Shown here: positions 29,106-39,061 of the stretch, in pieces
Layout of the letters: each line of letters opens with the position of its first letter
How positions within the stretch are numbered: the first letter of the stretch is position 1
From: Eubacteriales bacterium
Lineage (GTDB): Bacteria; Bacillota; Clostridia; Oscillospirales; JAAYOS01
DNA: 64,000 nucleotides
Assembly: GCA_050950785.1 (NCBI GenBank)
Contig: JBMNIG010000021.1
Span: forward strand, 88,029-152,028
Direction: 5' to 3'
Notes under the pieces: model-generated
What the model saw: the letters and a program-made list of their open reading frames with translations, nothing else
Database searches by the model: none
What the model was told of the DNA's origin: nothing
Translations under genes and position numbers: made by a program

Positions 29106-29777
29106 CTACTGATTTGGCGATTTTGCTGGGGTTTCAAAGCCCCTTATCGTCAATATGATACATTTAGCAGCCTCAGCACGGGTCATAGAACCTATTGGAT
29201 CAAACATATTTCCAGTCTTCCCTGATATGATCGATGCTTTTTGAAAGTGCGTGACAGCTTCACGACACTCTTCACGTATATATTCCCCGTCAATAAACGG
29301 TATCTCCTGTATGGTTTCGGGAAGCTGCTTGCCAATACTATGCTCGATCCTTGAGAGAATGAGAACAGCATCCTGTCGGGATATCTCCTTGTCGGGCATA
29401 AAACGATTGTCATCAACTCCGAATATCAAGCCTGAAGCATAAGCTGTTTTTATGTACGACTCAGACCAGTGATCGATAACATCATCGAATATCGTTGCAT
29501 TGTTCCCGCCATCGGTGTCCGGGTCAATATCTGGATCAGAAATCGAAAAGGCAATAACCACCATCTTTGTAAATTCAGCGCGAGTTACAGGCTTTGATGG
29601 CATAAAATAACCGTTGTCATACCCAACACAGATACCACGTTCAGTGCATTCATTAATATATTCCGATGCCCAATGCCCTTCGATGTCCTTTAGTTCGGGT
29701 AGTTTGATGGCTGACCCGCACAACATCGGCAAAAGCATTAGCATGATTAGAATGGTTATGCATTTTTTAAATGTCAT
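29106..29777 (-). CDS. SLH-domain cell-surface protein
   Basis: ORF 29106..29789 trimmed to the ATG at 29777 behind GGAGGAGG. It has a signal peptide and three SLH-like repeats, for example IEGHWASEYINECTERGICVGYDNGYFMPSKPVTRAEF. Confidence 0.7.
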   Translation of the reverse strand: MTFKKCITILIMLMLLPMLCGSAIKLPELKDIEGHWASEYINECTERGICVGYDNGYFMPSKPVTRAEFTKMVVIAFSISDPDIDPDTDGGNNATIFDDVIDHWSESYIKTAYASGLIFGVDDNRFMPDKEISRQDAVLILSRIEHSIGKQLPETIQEIPFIDGEYIREECREAVTHFQKASIISGKTGNMFDPIGSMTRAEAAKCIILTIRGFETPAKSPNQ

Positions 29778-30058
29778 ATCCTCCTCCAAGTCCAGTCTCT
29801 ATGAATACCTGTAAAAATCAAGCAAAATCAATTGTCATGTCAATCGTCCGCATTAACTTAGACCATATGTATTATTTAGATTTTACCACAGAATGGTGTT
29901 AATGCAAGAACATACTCGAACATTTTTATTACAATCAAGTAACAAATACAATTAGGATTTCGTTGTATTTTTGCCATTATCGTGGTAAAATAACTGCATC
30001 AGTCTGAAAATATGAATATACGACATCAGCGTGTGATCTGCGAAAGGGGTTTTATATA

Positions 30059-30385
30059 ATGAGCATTGATTTGATTCAACTCAACAGTAGCAATTTCGAG
30101 CAAGAGGTACTAAAAAGCGACATTCCGGTATTTGTCGACTTCTGGGCAGAATGGTGTGGCCCATGCAAAATGCTTGCCCCAATATTCGAGCAACTAGCAG
30201 AAACATATAAGGGACGAATCAAATTTTGCAAGCTCGATATAGACGCAGAAGGTGCATTAGCCCTAAATTACAAGGTCATGAGTATTCCAACACTCATTTT
30301 GTTCAAAGACGGTCAACCGGCCGGTAAGATGATCGGTCTGCGCCCGGCGCAAGAGATCTCCGATTGGCTTGACCAGATGGTTTAA
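30059..30385 (+). CDS. trxA: Thioredoxin
   Basis: 108-aa ORF with the WCGPC active site and the canonical thioredoxin fold sequence. Confidence 0.95.
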   Translation: MSIDLIQLNSSNFEQEVLKSDIPVFVDFWAEWCGPCKMLAPIFEQLAETYKGRIKFCKLDIDAEGALALNYKVMSIPTLILFKDGQPAGKMIGLRPAQEISDWLDQMV

Positions 30386-30416
30386 GACGGTTCAACAGTA
30401 GAAGCGAGGTGTAAAA

Positions 30417-31373
30417 ATGTCCGACAAAAGTAGTCGTTTCCGGAACGCCCTTGTTGGATTTCGCCGCAGTGACGTGCTTAGCTATCTAGAGCAGAGGGCT
30501 CATGAGCACAACGAGCAGCGAAATGAATTGGCGCGCAAGCTGGAAGGTTCGCAAAAACAGCTAAAAGAAGTTCAGGAAAGGCTGGCTCAGGCAGAGAAAG
30601 AGCTACAAGCAGTCAAAGCTGAAGCTGAGACCAAAAGCTCAGAGTTTAACAAGCTCAACTCAGAGCTGGCTGAGCTTCGTGCAACCAATGAAGAGCTTAG
30701 GGCGAAAAATACCATTGTGGAGCAGGAACTAAGCGATATCAAAGCAGAACGTGACAGTCTTGCCGCCGATTTAGAAACTATAAAAGCTCATAAAGAAGAG
30801 ATCGACCAAGCCAAGCTGCATGTGGCCGAAATTGAATTGGAGGCCTATTCACGCGCCAAAAAGATCGAAAGCAACGCCATAGAAAACGCAAATTTGGCTC
30901 GCGAGACATTGTCTGATTTGATCCTTGATGTAAAAAATCGCTTTGATAAAACCAGGGACAATGCAGCCCAGACCTTCCACCGAATGACTCTTGAGCTCGA
31001 CCGCCTAAAGGAAGTTCTCACTCATTTGCCGGAAAGCTTTGATTCAATCAGCAGTGAAATAGAGTCATTGAGATTTGGCAATGAGAAGAAGAACACTGTC
31101 CCGGAAGCAAACAATGAGGAAGAAGGCCCTGGAACTGAAATCCCTCCTTCCCTTAATGAAAATAATTTGCCCGACAATTTAGAGTACAACTCCATTGTCT
31201 ACCCTGTTGAAGATGAATATGATGACAGCTCCTATATAACCGATAGCTACACCTTTCCCGATGACGACGAGGATAGATCCCCTGAAAACAATCTTGACGA
31301 AGAGGGCCTGTCCGAGCGTAAACAGGATACCAATGAACTACTATTTTTTCGCCCCCAAAAAACAGACGAATAA
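30417..31373 (+). CDS. DivIVA-like coiled-coil protein
   Basis: 318-aa ORF with RBS GAGGTG. The N-terminus FRNALVGFRRSDVLSYLEQ resembles the DivIVA N-domain. A long heptad-rich coiled coil and an acidic tail follow. Confidence 0.55.
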   Translation: MSDKSSRFRNALVGFRRSDVLSYLEQRAHEHNEQRNELARKLEGSQKQLKEVQERLAQAEKELQAVKAEAETKSSEFNKLNSELAELRATNEELRAKNTIVEQELSDIKAERDSLAADLETIKAHKEEIDQAKLHVAEIELEAYSRAKKIESNAIENANLARETLSDLILDVKNRFDKTRDNAAQTFHRMTLELDRLKEVLTHLPESFDSISSEIESLRFGNEKKNTVPEANNEEEGPGTEIPPSLNENNLPDNLEYNSIVYPVEDEYDDSSYITDSYTFPDDDEDRSPENNLDEEGLSERKQDTNELLFFRPQKTDE

Positions 31374-31693
31374 ATCAACACCGAACTTGCAAAAAGTAAT
31401 TTTGGCAGCTATAACTGCGACAGTAACAGCGGTGACTGCACTCCTGGCTCTCAAGCCGATGAACTCCAGAAAACAGAAAATCTCAACCAACAGAAATAAG
31501 AAATAAATATGATGCGTCTACATACCTAGCGTCGAGGACAGCAGTGGACACATTGCATGCGGGAAATCCAGTGTTACTTATCGGAAAGTATTTACAGCGT
31601 AACGTAAGTTCATCGCAAAAGTCTGTGTTGTGCATACCAAAAGATCGGTAATCAGCATCTATCAAATTTCATACTATTAAAATTAAATTTATA

Positions 31694-31728
31694 AAAGCTG
31701 TTCGACAAAACGTTGAACAGCTTTTTTT
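31694..31728. terminator. Bidirectional intrinsic terminator
   Basis: Stem AAAGCTGTTC / GAACAGCTTT followed by a T7 tract on the plus strand. It lies between convergent genes. Confidence 0.7.
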
Positions 31729-31794
31729 CGGTTTTCAACTGAACATTTGAGATTACAAAATGGATAAGCATTTTTGAATAGTTGAACATTCGAT

Positions 31795-33108
31795 TTATTG
31801 GTTTTCTTTAATACCACACATCTCAAACAGTTTAAGCATACCGTTTATAACGATCTCATCACAATGTCCGGGCTTTATTCTGCCGAAGTATGTGAAGGGT
31901 CGCTTATGGGCGTTGGTATTGTTGATGATGTAGCCTGCAGATCTACAAACATTAGTTACTACAACAGTATTCTCGAAGGGTGATTTATCTTTACAAAGTA
32001 CGCCTAACTCATTATATGGCATACCTCCTATCCCAAACAGTGCAACATCTCCGAGCAGAAGCAGTCGCAACTTCAATTCTACCGGGTTGTCGGGATCGTC
32101 CTCCATCTCGATCAGTTTCTTTTCCGGGTAGCTACCATCATCGGCCAGTGGCACCATGTTCTCAAGCAACAACCTGTTGTAGTGCATATCAGCGCCCTCA
32201 GGCGGTTTCTGTGCAGGCAAGTGCACAGCAGATCCCTTCGATACGATTTGAAACGGTCCATCGGAACACACGATTTTATTTATAACTTTTATAGCATCGA
32301 TTGCGTGAAGCTGTCCGTGTATCGTGGCCCATCTATATGCAGTACCGGGGGGTAAAAAAGTTAACGTTGCGTAACCCTTGTCATCAAATGCGCGCATACA
32401 AACTATATGAGTGCCTTGATTGCCTGCTGCTCCGCACGTCCAGATAGCAACAGCGCCGTTGCCAAATCGCCGTTCTATGTACTCTGTGGCCACCCCGGGT
32501 ATGTCACTGCATATTTTTTGCCGACCATCTTCATCCTCAGCGAGATACGTTGTGGCGGGTATTACGGCGTAATTGAGTATGGCACATATGAGGTTGCCAT
32601 CAAGATCCTCGAACTTCAGTACAGCAAGTGTCTTGTCGCTAAAGCCCTCATAATTTGGTGCCTGGATCCAGTACCCGTCTTCCTGCTGAAAATCCCGGTT
32701 GACATTTACGTAGCTTTTTCCTGTCCCGTAGCCAAATTTTGCAGGTCGCAAATTGTCCAGCGCTTGTTTTGCGGATGTAAGACAGCGTTTACGTACAAAA
32801 TGCATGAACTCGCTTTCTTCGCTTACAAAGGGACAGGCATGAGTGTGGGTAGCAGAAAGAAATATTGACTCCGGGGAAATCCCGGTTTCCTTTGAAAGCA
32901 ATCTGATAGTTTCTTTCTCATCGGGAACTCCAACCAAATCAAATGACATGATAAGGACTCTGTTGTCACCATTGTCTATCACAAGGGATCGGCAAAACAG
33001 ATCGGAATGTACTCCTGTGATATGGTATCCTAGCCACATCGGAAAGGGAAACATATCAGGCGGAGGGGTGATGCAGGTCTTCCCTACTCCAACTAACAGG
33101 TTCGCCAT
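31795..33108 (-). CDS. Conserved hypothetical hydrolase, neutral/alkaline ceramidase N-terminal-like
   Basis: ORF 31795..33114 trimmed to the ATG at 33108 (AGGAG 7 nt upstream). The N-terminus LLVGVGKTCITPPPDM..GVHSDLFCRSLVIDNGDNRVLIMSFDLVG resembles the ceramidase-like family. Assignment is tentative. Confidence 0.45.
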   Translation of the reverse strand: MANLLVGVGKTCITPPPDMFPFPMWLGYHITGVHSDLFCRSLVIDNGDNRVLIMSFDLVGVPDEKETIRLLSKETGISPESIFLSATHTHACPFVSEESEFMHFVRKRCLTSAKQALDNLRPAKFGYGTGKSYVNVNRDFQQEDGYWIQAPNYEGFSDKTLAVLKFEDLDGNLICAILNYAVIPATTYLAEDEDGRQKICSDIPGVATEYIERRFGNGAVAIWTCGAAGNQGTHIVCMRAFDDKGYATLTFLPPGTAYRWATIHGQLHAIDAIKVINKIVCSDGPFQIVSKGSAVHLPAQKPPEGADMHYNRLLLENMVPLADDGSYPEKKLIEMEDDPDNPVELKLRLLLLGDVALFGIGGMPYNELGVLCKDKSPFENTVVVTNVCRSAGYIINNTNAHKRPFTYFGRIKPGHCDEIVINGMLKLFEMCGIKENQ

Positions 33109-33348
33109 TTGCAATCTCCTTTTTTCATATTTTATTTGTTTTTGATATTATCATAAAAAGCAAAATATTACAATTGATTCTTGCTTGATGTGCATATTTT
33201 TGCATATGTTTTTGTTGAGCTTAAGGCAATAATGTATAAATAAATAGATAAATCCCACCTTTTGACGCCTGAGATAAAATAGTGATATGCTTGTTTCAGA
33301 AAAGTAATGATGATATAATCTTTTCAAAATAAAACAGGAGTTGAAAAG

Positions 33349-34545
33349 TTGAAGAGAAAGAATGTGATCCCCAGTATCATAGCTCTGTCATTGCTTCTGA
33401 TGAGCGGGCAGGCCTTAAACCCCGGTCTCGCCAGCCTTATGACAGAGTATGGAGTCAGCGAATCAACTGTAGTACTACTTGCTACCATTCCACCACTTGC
33501 AGTTATTCCTGGTACTTTTATAGGTTCTTTTATATTGCGCCACTTTTCAAAAAAGATCGTAGGTATCGCTGCTTCGATACTTATTGCTGTCTCAGGTGCT
33601 CTACCAGTATTCATAAGCAATTTCACAGTTGTACTTGTCACCAGAGTGTTTGTAGGTATAGGTCTTGGATTCATTAACTGCCTTGCACCTAGCCTTCCCT
33701 CCGACTATTACCCGCCGGGAGATTCGCGCGAAAAGGCTAACGGGATCCATGGTGCGTTTGCGGGAGGGGGAGGTCTCATTTTCTCTTCGCTTGCTGGTTG
33801 GCTGTGCTCAATACAAGTAAAGGCTATTTATCTGGTTTATCTAATCTGTCTTATACCCGCTGCTATTGTGTTTCTGACACTTCCCGATGATCCGCCAACT
33901 GCATATATATCCTCTGAAAATAAGGCAAAATCAAATGCCAATGGAAAAAATGGCAAGGGCAAAGCCTTTGATTCGAGGATCCTGCCCTATGCTGTGAAGA
34001 TATTTATCTTCCTTCTATTTGCAATTTCCATGTCGATGAATATTTCTCAGCTTGTGGAAGGCTACGGCATAGGGACTGTTGCCGACGCAGGCATTATTAC
34101 CGCAGTATTTTCTATAGGCGGCTTTATAGTAGGATTTACTTTTTCCCAACTAATGAAGGCTCTGAAGGAGTTTACTCTTTCAATTGGAACAGTGTTGGCC
34201 GCCATAGGCATTTTGCTTGTTGTTTTGACCCGCTCGATACCTATTTACTGCATGGCCTCTGTAATAAGCGGAGTAGGTTTTAATATCTTTATAACAGCAT
34301 GCGTTTCAGACATAGGAAACAAGTTCAGTCCCGAGGCTAGGACTGTATCATTTGCAATCGTTATGTCGGCAAACCATTTTGCACAGTTCATGTCGCCAAT
34401 AATACTAGATCCCCTCAGTAACCTTTTTGGCGGTGGTACGGTCATAAAACTGTTGATAGCGTCACTTATGCTTTTTGCCTTTTCGGCCTTTTTGTTTTTA
34501 TCCGCTTTCCTGAAAAACAATGATGCTCCACAAAAAGCTCGATGA
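33349..34545 (+). CDS. MFS transporter
   Basis: 398-aa ORF with a TTG start behind AGGAG. About 12 TM segments are separated by a central Lys-rich loop. Confidence 0.8.
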   Translation: MKRKNVIPSIIALSLLLMSGQALNPGLASLMTEYGVSESTVVLLATIPPLAVIPGTFIGSFILRHFSKKIVGIAASILIAVSGALPVFISNFTVVLVTRVFVGIGLGFINCLAPSLPSDYYPPGDSREKANGIHGAFAGGGGLIFSSLAGWLCSIQVKAIYLVYLICLIPAAIVFLTLPDDPPTAYISSENKAKSNANGKNGKGKAFDSRILPYAVKIFIFLLFAISMSMNISQLVEGYGIGTVADAGIITAVFSIGGFIVGFTFSQLMKALKEFTLSIGTVLAAIGILLVVLTRSIPIYCMASVISGVGFNIFITACVSDIGNKFSPEARTVSFAIVMSANHFAQFMSPIILDPLSNLFGGGTVIKLLIASLMLFAFSAFLFLSAFLKNNDAPQKAR

Positions 34546-34628
34546 TACACAAAAGTGTTCCAACTATGTACTGGCTTTGTATGGATGAGGGAGCTTGTTT
34601 GAGCCAAAGTTGATAGTTTGAATAGAAA

Positions 34629-34672
34629 ACACGCTGTATCCAAACCGACACAGTCGGCAAAATACAGCGTGT
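34629..34672 (+). terminator. Intrinsic terminator after the MFS gene
   Basis: Outer stem ACACGCTGTAT / ATACAGCGTGT with an inner CCGAC/GTCGG pairing, followed by CAATTTATTTTT. Confidence 0.6.
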
Positions 34673-34843
34673 CAATTTATTTTTACCTGTCAATGTAGAA
34701 GCCATTGAGAGGCGGTGAAGTATATAAATGAAAGCAGGTTGCAGACAAGTGCACCACCTGTATAAACGAGTTTCGAAGAAACTAATAAATTCTGTGACAA
34801 AGAAGCTATGGCAAATAAGAAAAGGATATCGAGTGTTGTAGCA

Positions 34844-37800
34844 CTACGACAGAAGCTCGAGAAGATCCTCTTTTGTCATGTCGATCAATGAAGCACCGGA
34901 GCTTTGCTCACTAATGATCGCATCCGCCAACTCCTTCTTAGACTGTTGCAGCTGCAAGATCTTTTCTTCAATACTGTCCTTAACTACCAGCTTGTAAACC
35001 TGCACATTCCGTTTTTGGCCTATGCGATGGGCCCGATCCGTTGCCTGATTCTGGGCGGCAACATTCCACCAGGGATCGTAATGTATGACCACGTCTGCAC
35101 CGATCAGATTCAAACCTGTGCCGCCTGCCTTAAGCGATATTAGGAACACTTGCGTTGCATCCCGGTTAAATCTCTCGACCATCTGAGCTCGATGCTCCTT
35201 TGAGGTGTCACCTTTCAATACATAGTAACTGAATCCTTCGCTGCTTAGTCTCTCCTCGATCTTTGTAAGCATTGATGTAAACTGCGAAAATAGAAGAACC
35301 TTATGTCCGCCTTCGGTGGATTCACGAATAAGCTCTAGGCATGTCTCCAACTTAGCACTCGATCCATCATAGTCCACATAGCAAAGACCCGGATCGCAAC
35401 ATATCTGTCTTAGCTTTGTAAGCATTGCGAGTATGTGGAAACGCTGTCGGGCGATGGCATCATCCCCCTGCTCCAATATCTGATTTCTGAGCAACATAGC
35501 GTTTGCAAGATATAATTTCCTCTGATCCCCCTCCATGGAAGCCTGAACAAGTGACTCCGATTTAGAAGGCAATTCGGATAGAACCTCGCCCTTTAGTCTG
35601 CGCAGTATAAACGGTCCTGTCATCTTTTTCAACAACTCGATGGCATAAGTATCACGATTTTTGACGATGGGAATCTCAAAGCGTTTTTTGAACTTATGAT
35701 AACTATATAGATAGCCGGGCATCAAGTAGTCAAAAATACTCCAAAGTTCACTTAACCTGTTCTCGATCGGAGTTCCGGTAAGTGCTAACCTGTGGTCGCT
35801 TTTAATAGCTTTGACCGATTTAGCATTTTGTGTGCTGTGATTTTTTATATATTGGGCCTCATCAATGATTTCATAGAGAAACTCCCTGCCCTCGTAGTGT
35901 TCAATATCCCGCTTAAGCATATCATATGACGTGATCAAGACGTCATAATGGTCCGCATCATCTATGATTTCTTTTCGCTCCGCATTATCCCCAATAACTG
36001 TAGCTACTTTTAGAGAGGGGGCAAAGCGCTGTATTTCACTCTCCCAGTTTAGAGCGAGAGAAGCTGGTGTCACCACAAGAGAGGGCCTGTTTATCTTTTC
36101 TTCCTTTACCGAAAGAAACAGGGCTATGACCTGCAGAGTCTTTCCAAGACCCATATCATCAGCTAAAATACCGCCAAGATTATACTTGGCAAGGGTCTTC
36201 AACCACCGATATCCCGTCTTTTGATAATTTCTCAAAATGCCCGCAAGGCTTTCGGGTACAGCAAGATCGCTGTCCTCAACTGATTTTATGTTTCTTACCA
36301 GATCCTTGAAAAAAGTATCTCTGTTGACACGTATTTCATCGTTATCACGAAGAACTCTATCGAGATATAGAGCTCTATACCGCGGCACAACTGCTTTTCC
36401 GCTTTGTAGCTGCTTATCAGTCAACTCAAGGCCGTCGGCCAACTGCGCCAATGCGTTAAGTGCATTATCCTCCAGTCTGAGATACCTGCCGTCGGACAGC
36501 CTGTAATATTTTCGATTTTCCCTGTATGCGTTTAGCGCACTTAGCAGTTCTTCAGCCGGAAACTCACCGGGCTCTATATCCAGTTCCAACAAATCGGAAA
36601 CAATGCGAACTCCTATAGAAACCTGCGGTGCTGTTGCGATACCGATCCGTTGTAAACGATCACTGACATGAACCGTCGCAACCTCCATCAGAGAAGGAAT
36701 TCCCTCGGAAATAAAGCGGTATATTTCTTCATCATCTGCTTCCAGCAAAAGTACTTGCCTGTTTGTGTCATATAGATGGATGTACTTGCTGATTATCACG
36801 CGAACAACCATTTCACTGCGAAGATCACGGCGCGCAATATCGGGAGACTTTCCGGCAAAATGCAGTGCATAGTAGTCGAATGCTTTATCACCATAGCGAT
36901 AGAGCATTGTGGCGGTTATGACGTTGTTTTCGGGCGCATCAATAAATATCTCGGTTTCAAGGGGCAGAGGCATAAATTCATCCAGGGTGCTGATATCTCC
37001 TGAAAAACGAAAACAGTTTTTGATCGCAGGATACACATTGGCACAAAATCTCGAAAGATCCTGTTTGGCAATACGCATTCTGAATGAACACTTCTCCATT
37101 GCTTTTAGGAAATCACGTGCTCTATCAGACAAATCCTGGTCACACCGGTATATAAAATCACCCAGCTGAATGTATATATGCTCCTCACCCGAAGCAAGTC
37201 CGAATTTCTCAGCTTCAAAAAGTATCGTTCCATCGCCCTGATCCTCAACACTGATATTGAGCTCAGGATTTTCAGCTATGACTGTTGCAAGTCTTTCCAT
37301 TTCAGAACCAAGTGAGGCTGTGATCTTCTCTCCGATGTACATTGACAGAAGCCTATCAAGAGCGTAGGGGGACAGCCTCAGGTGACGCTTGTCCATATGT
37401 GATTCACGCCAGTTCGAGCTGCCAAGGGTACGTGCAAGCAGGCGGACTTCATCACATTTTTCCATGATAAACTGCATCAGTTGCTTTGATTTGTCGTTAA
37501 AGCTGTCAATGCTGTGAATAAACTCTAACTGCTTCCCATATGAGACCTTATTTAATGATTTGACATTCTCAACCAGTTCAAATACATTTCGCACGACATA
37601 CTGCCGACTTATACCTATAGTAAACTCAACAAGTGTTACATCATCTTTACTTTGCCTGACAATAGGAGTCAAAGTCACCTTCTCCACATCAGAAAAGCTC
37701 TGTCCTACGACCTCGGCATTTTCACGCATGGCGTATTTGTTCATCATAAGGCGTGCCACACCATCGGTTGAAGGTCTTTTGACAACAAGCCCACCTTTAT

Positions 37801-38191
37801 TGTGGATATTGCTTGCTCTCTTTTGAGTGCTTCCCGCACCCTGAAGTATATCGAAATCCCTATCACTGGGCTTGGATTTACTCTGTAAGGAAGACGCATA
37901 CTTGCCTTGATACTGTTGGATCAAAACAGCAACGATATGCTTACATGCGCCTGACCTTTTACTATACGCAGGACATGAGCAGTGGGCCGATCTAAAATCC
38001 TCCTGCTCATCAAGTCGGACAGAAACATTATAAAGGTTTTTACCCTGTACTACGGCCGATATCTCTTTTCCATCCTCTGTGTGATTGGACTCGTATTTTT
38101 TGATATTCTGATCATAGTAATATCGAAGTCCTTTATGATACGTCCTCTGATCCGATGCGGCGAGGAGTATTTTTTCCATTGTAAGTGCCAT
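34844..38191 (-). CDS. SNF2-family helicase with N-terminal SWIM zinc finger
   Basis: 1115-aa ORF. It has the SWIM motif CSCPAYSKRSGACKHIVAVL, SNF2_N motifs (ILADDMGLGKTLQ, DEAQYIKN, LTGTPIEN) and helicase C motifs (LISLKAGGTGLNL, DPWWNVAAQNQATDRAHRIGQ). Confidence 0.9.
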   Translation of the reverse strand: MALTMEKILLAASDQRTYHKGLRYYYDQNIKKYESNHTEDGKEISAVVQGKNLYNVSVRLDEQEDFRSAHCSCPAYSKRSGACKHIVAVLIQQYQGKYASSLQSKSKPSDRDFDILQGAGSTQKRASNIHNKGGLVVKRPSTDGVARLMMNKYAMRENAEVVGQSFSDVEKVTLTPIVRQSKDDVTLVEFTIGISRQYVVRNVFELVENVKSLNKVSYGKQLEFIHSIDSFNDKSKQLMQFIMEKCDEVRLLARTLGSSNWRESHMDKRHLRLSPYALDRLLSMYIGEKITASLGSEMERLATVIAENPELNISVEDQGDGTILFEAEKFGLASGEEHIYIQLGDFIYRCDQDLSDRARDFLKAMEKCSFRMRIAKQDLSRFCANVYPAIKNCFRFSGDISTLDEFMPLPLETEIFIDAPENNVITATMLYRYGDKAFDYYALHFAGKSPDIARRDLRSEMVVRVIISKYIHLYDTNRQVLLLEADDEEIYRFISEGIPSLMEVATVHVSDRLQRIGIATAPQVSIGVRIVSDLLELDIEPGEFPAEELLSALNAYRENRKYYRLSDGRYLRLEDNALNALAQLADGLELTDKQLQSGKAVVPRYRALYLDRVLRDNDEIRVNRDTFFKDLVRNIKSVEDSDLAVPESLAGILRNYQKTGYRWLKTLAKYNLGGILADDMGLGKTLQVIALFLSVKEEKINRPSLVVTPASLALNWESEIQRFAPSLKVATVIGDNAERKEIIDDADHYDVLITSYDMLKRDIEHYEGREFLYEIIDEAQYIKNHSTQNAKSVKAIKSDHRLALTGTPIENRLSELWSIFDYLMPGYLYSYHKFKKRFEIPIVKNRDTYAIELLKKMTGPFILRRLKGEVLSELPSKSESLVQASMEGDQRKLYLANAMLLRNQILEQGDDAIARQRFHILAMLTKLRQICCDPGLCYVDYDGSSAKLETCLELIRESTEGGHKVLLFSQFTSMLTKIEERLSSEGFSYYVLKGDTSKEHRAQMVERFNRDATQVFLISLKAGGTGLNLIGADVVIHYDPWWNVAAQNQATDRAHRIGQKRNVQVYKLVVKDSIEEKILQLQQSKKELADAIISEQSSGASLIDMTKEDLLELLS

Positions 38192-38296
38192 AGATATTAC
38201 TCCTGAATCTATTCCTAATTAAAAACTATTTTTTTATAGCAATATAGCATTCTATCATTATACTATGAACCTCATAAGATGTAAAGTGCCGCCCTA

Positions 38297-38995
38297 TCAA
38301 TGCATTTGCTCCTTTTCAAACTCTTTACGTAGCTTTTCAAGGGCTTTTTTCTCAATTCTTGATACATATGAGCGGGATATGTTACATCTAGAAGCAATCT
38401 CTCTTTGTGTCATAGGCGCTTGGTTGTTTAGTCCGTAGCGCAGTATAACAATTTCTTTTTCCCGGTCATCTAAACATCTGTTTATGTATTTCATAAGCGT
38501 CTCACTCATTTCCTCCCTGTTGAGACGGTCAAGTATCTCTTCACCATCATCGCTAAGGGTGTCACCCAGTACAAGTACATTGCCGTCACCGTCGCTCTCA
38601 AGTGCTTCCGACATGAGCAGCTCACCGGACGACTTTTTCTGACTTCTGAAGTACATCAAAACCTCATTTTCGATGCACCTGCCCGCGTAAGTGGCAAGCC
38701 TTATATTCTTGCTGCTGTCAAAAGTATTTACTGCTTTGATAAGTCCGATCGTGCCAATAGAAATAAGATCCTCCTGTTCCTTGGCTGCCGTATAGTATTT
38801 TTTTATTACATGTGCAACTAACCTCAAATTCCGCTCAATTAGGATGTCCCTTGCCTTCTTGTCTCCCTCGGCTGCAAGCTTGATATATTTCTCCTCCTCT
38901 TCTTCGCTTAACGGACGAGGGAATGAGCCACCTCCGGACACCCGGAGCATCATATGTAAACCATGGAGTAAAAGATAAACTGTCAACGGCAGCAT
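38297..38995 (-). CDS. sigK: Sporulation sigma factor pro-SigK, uninterrupted
   Basis: 232-aa ORF. SFPRPLSEEEEEKYIKLAAEGDKKARDILIERNLRLVAHVIKKY and ISRSYVSRIEKKAL match the B. subtilis SigK pattern (AFPQPLS..HNLRLVAHIVKKF, ISRSYVSRIEKRAL) rather than SigE. A hydrophobic pro-sequence is present. Confidence 0.85.
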   Translation of the reverse strand: MLPLTVYLLLHGLHMMLRVSGGGSFPRPLSEEEEEKYIKLAAEGDKKARDILIERNLRLVAHVIKKYYTAAKEQEDLISIGTIGLIKAVNTFDSSKNIRLATYAGRCIENEVLMYFRSQKKSSGELLMSEALESDGDGNVLVLGDTLSDDGEEILDRLNREEMSETLMKYINRCLDDREKEIVILRYGLNNQAPMTQREIASRCNISRSYVSRIEKKALEKLRKEFEKEQMH

Positions 38996-39061
38996 TGCAA
39001 AACCCCCTATTAAAATCTATATGTGACAATACCTTTTTTAGTCTTATTGATTTCCATAAAG

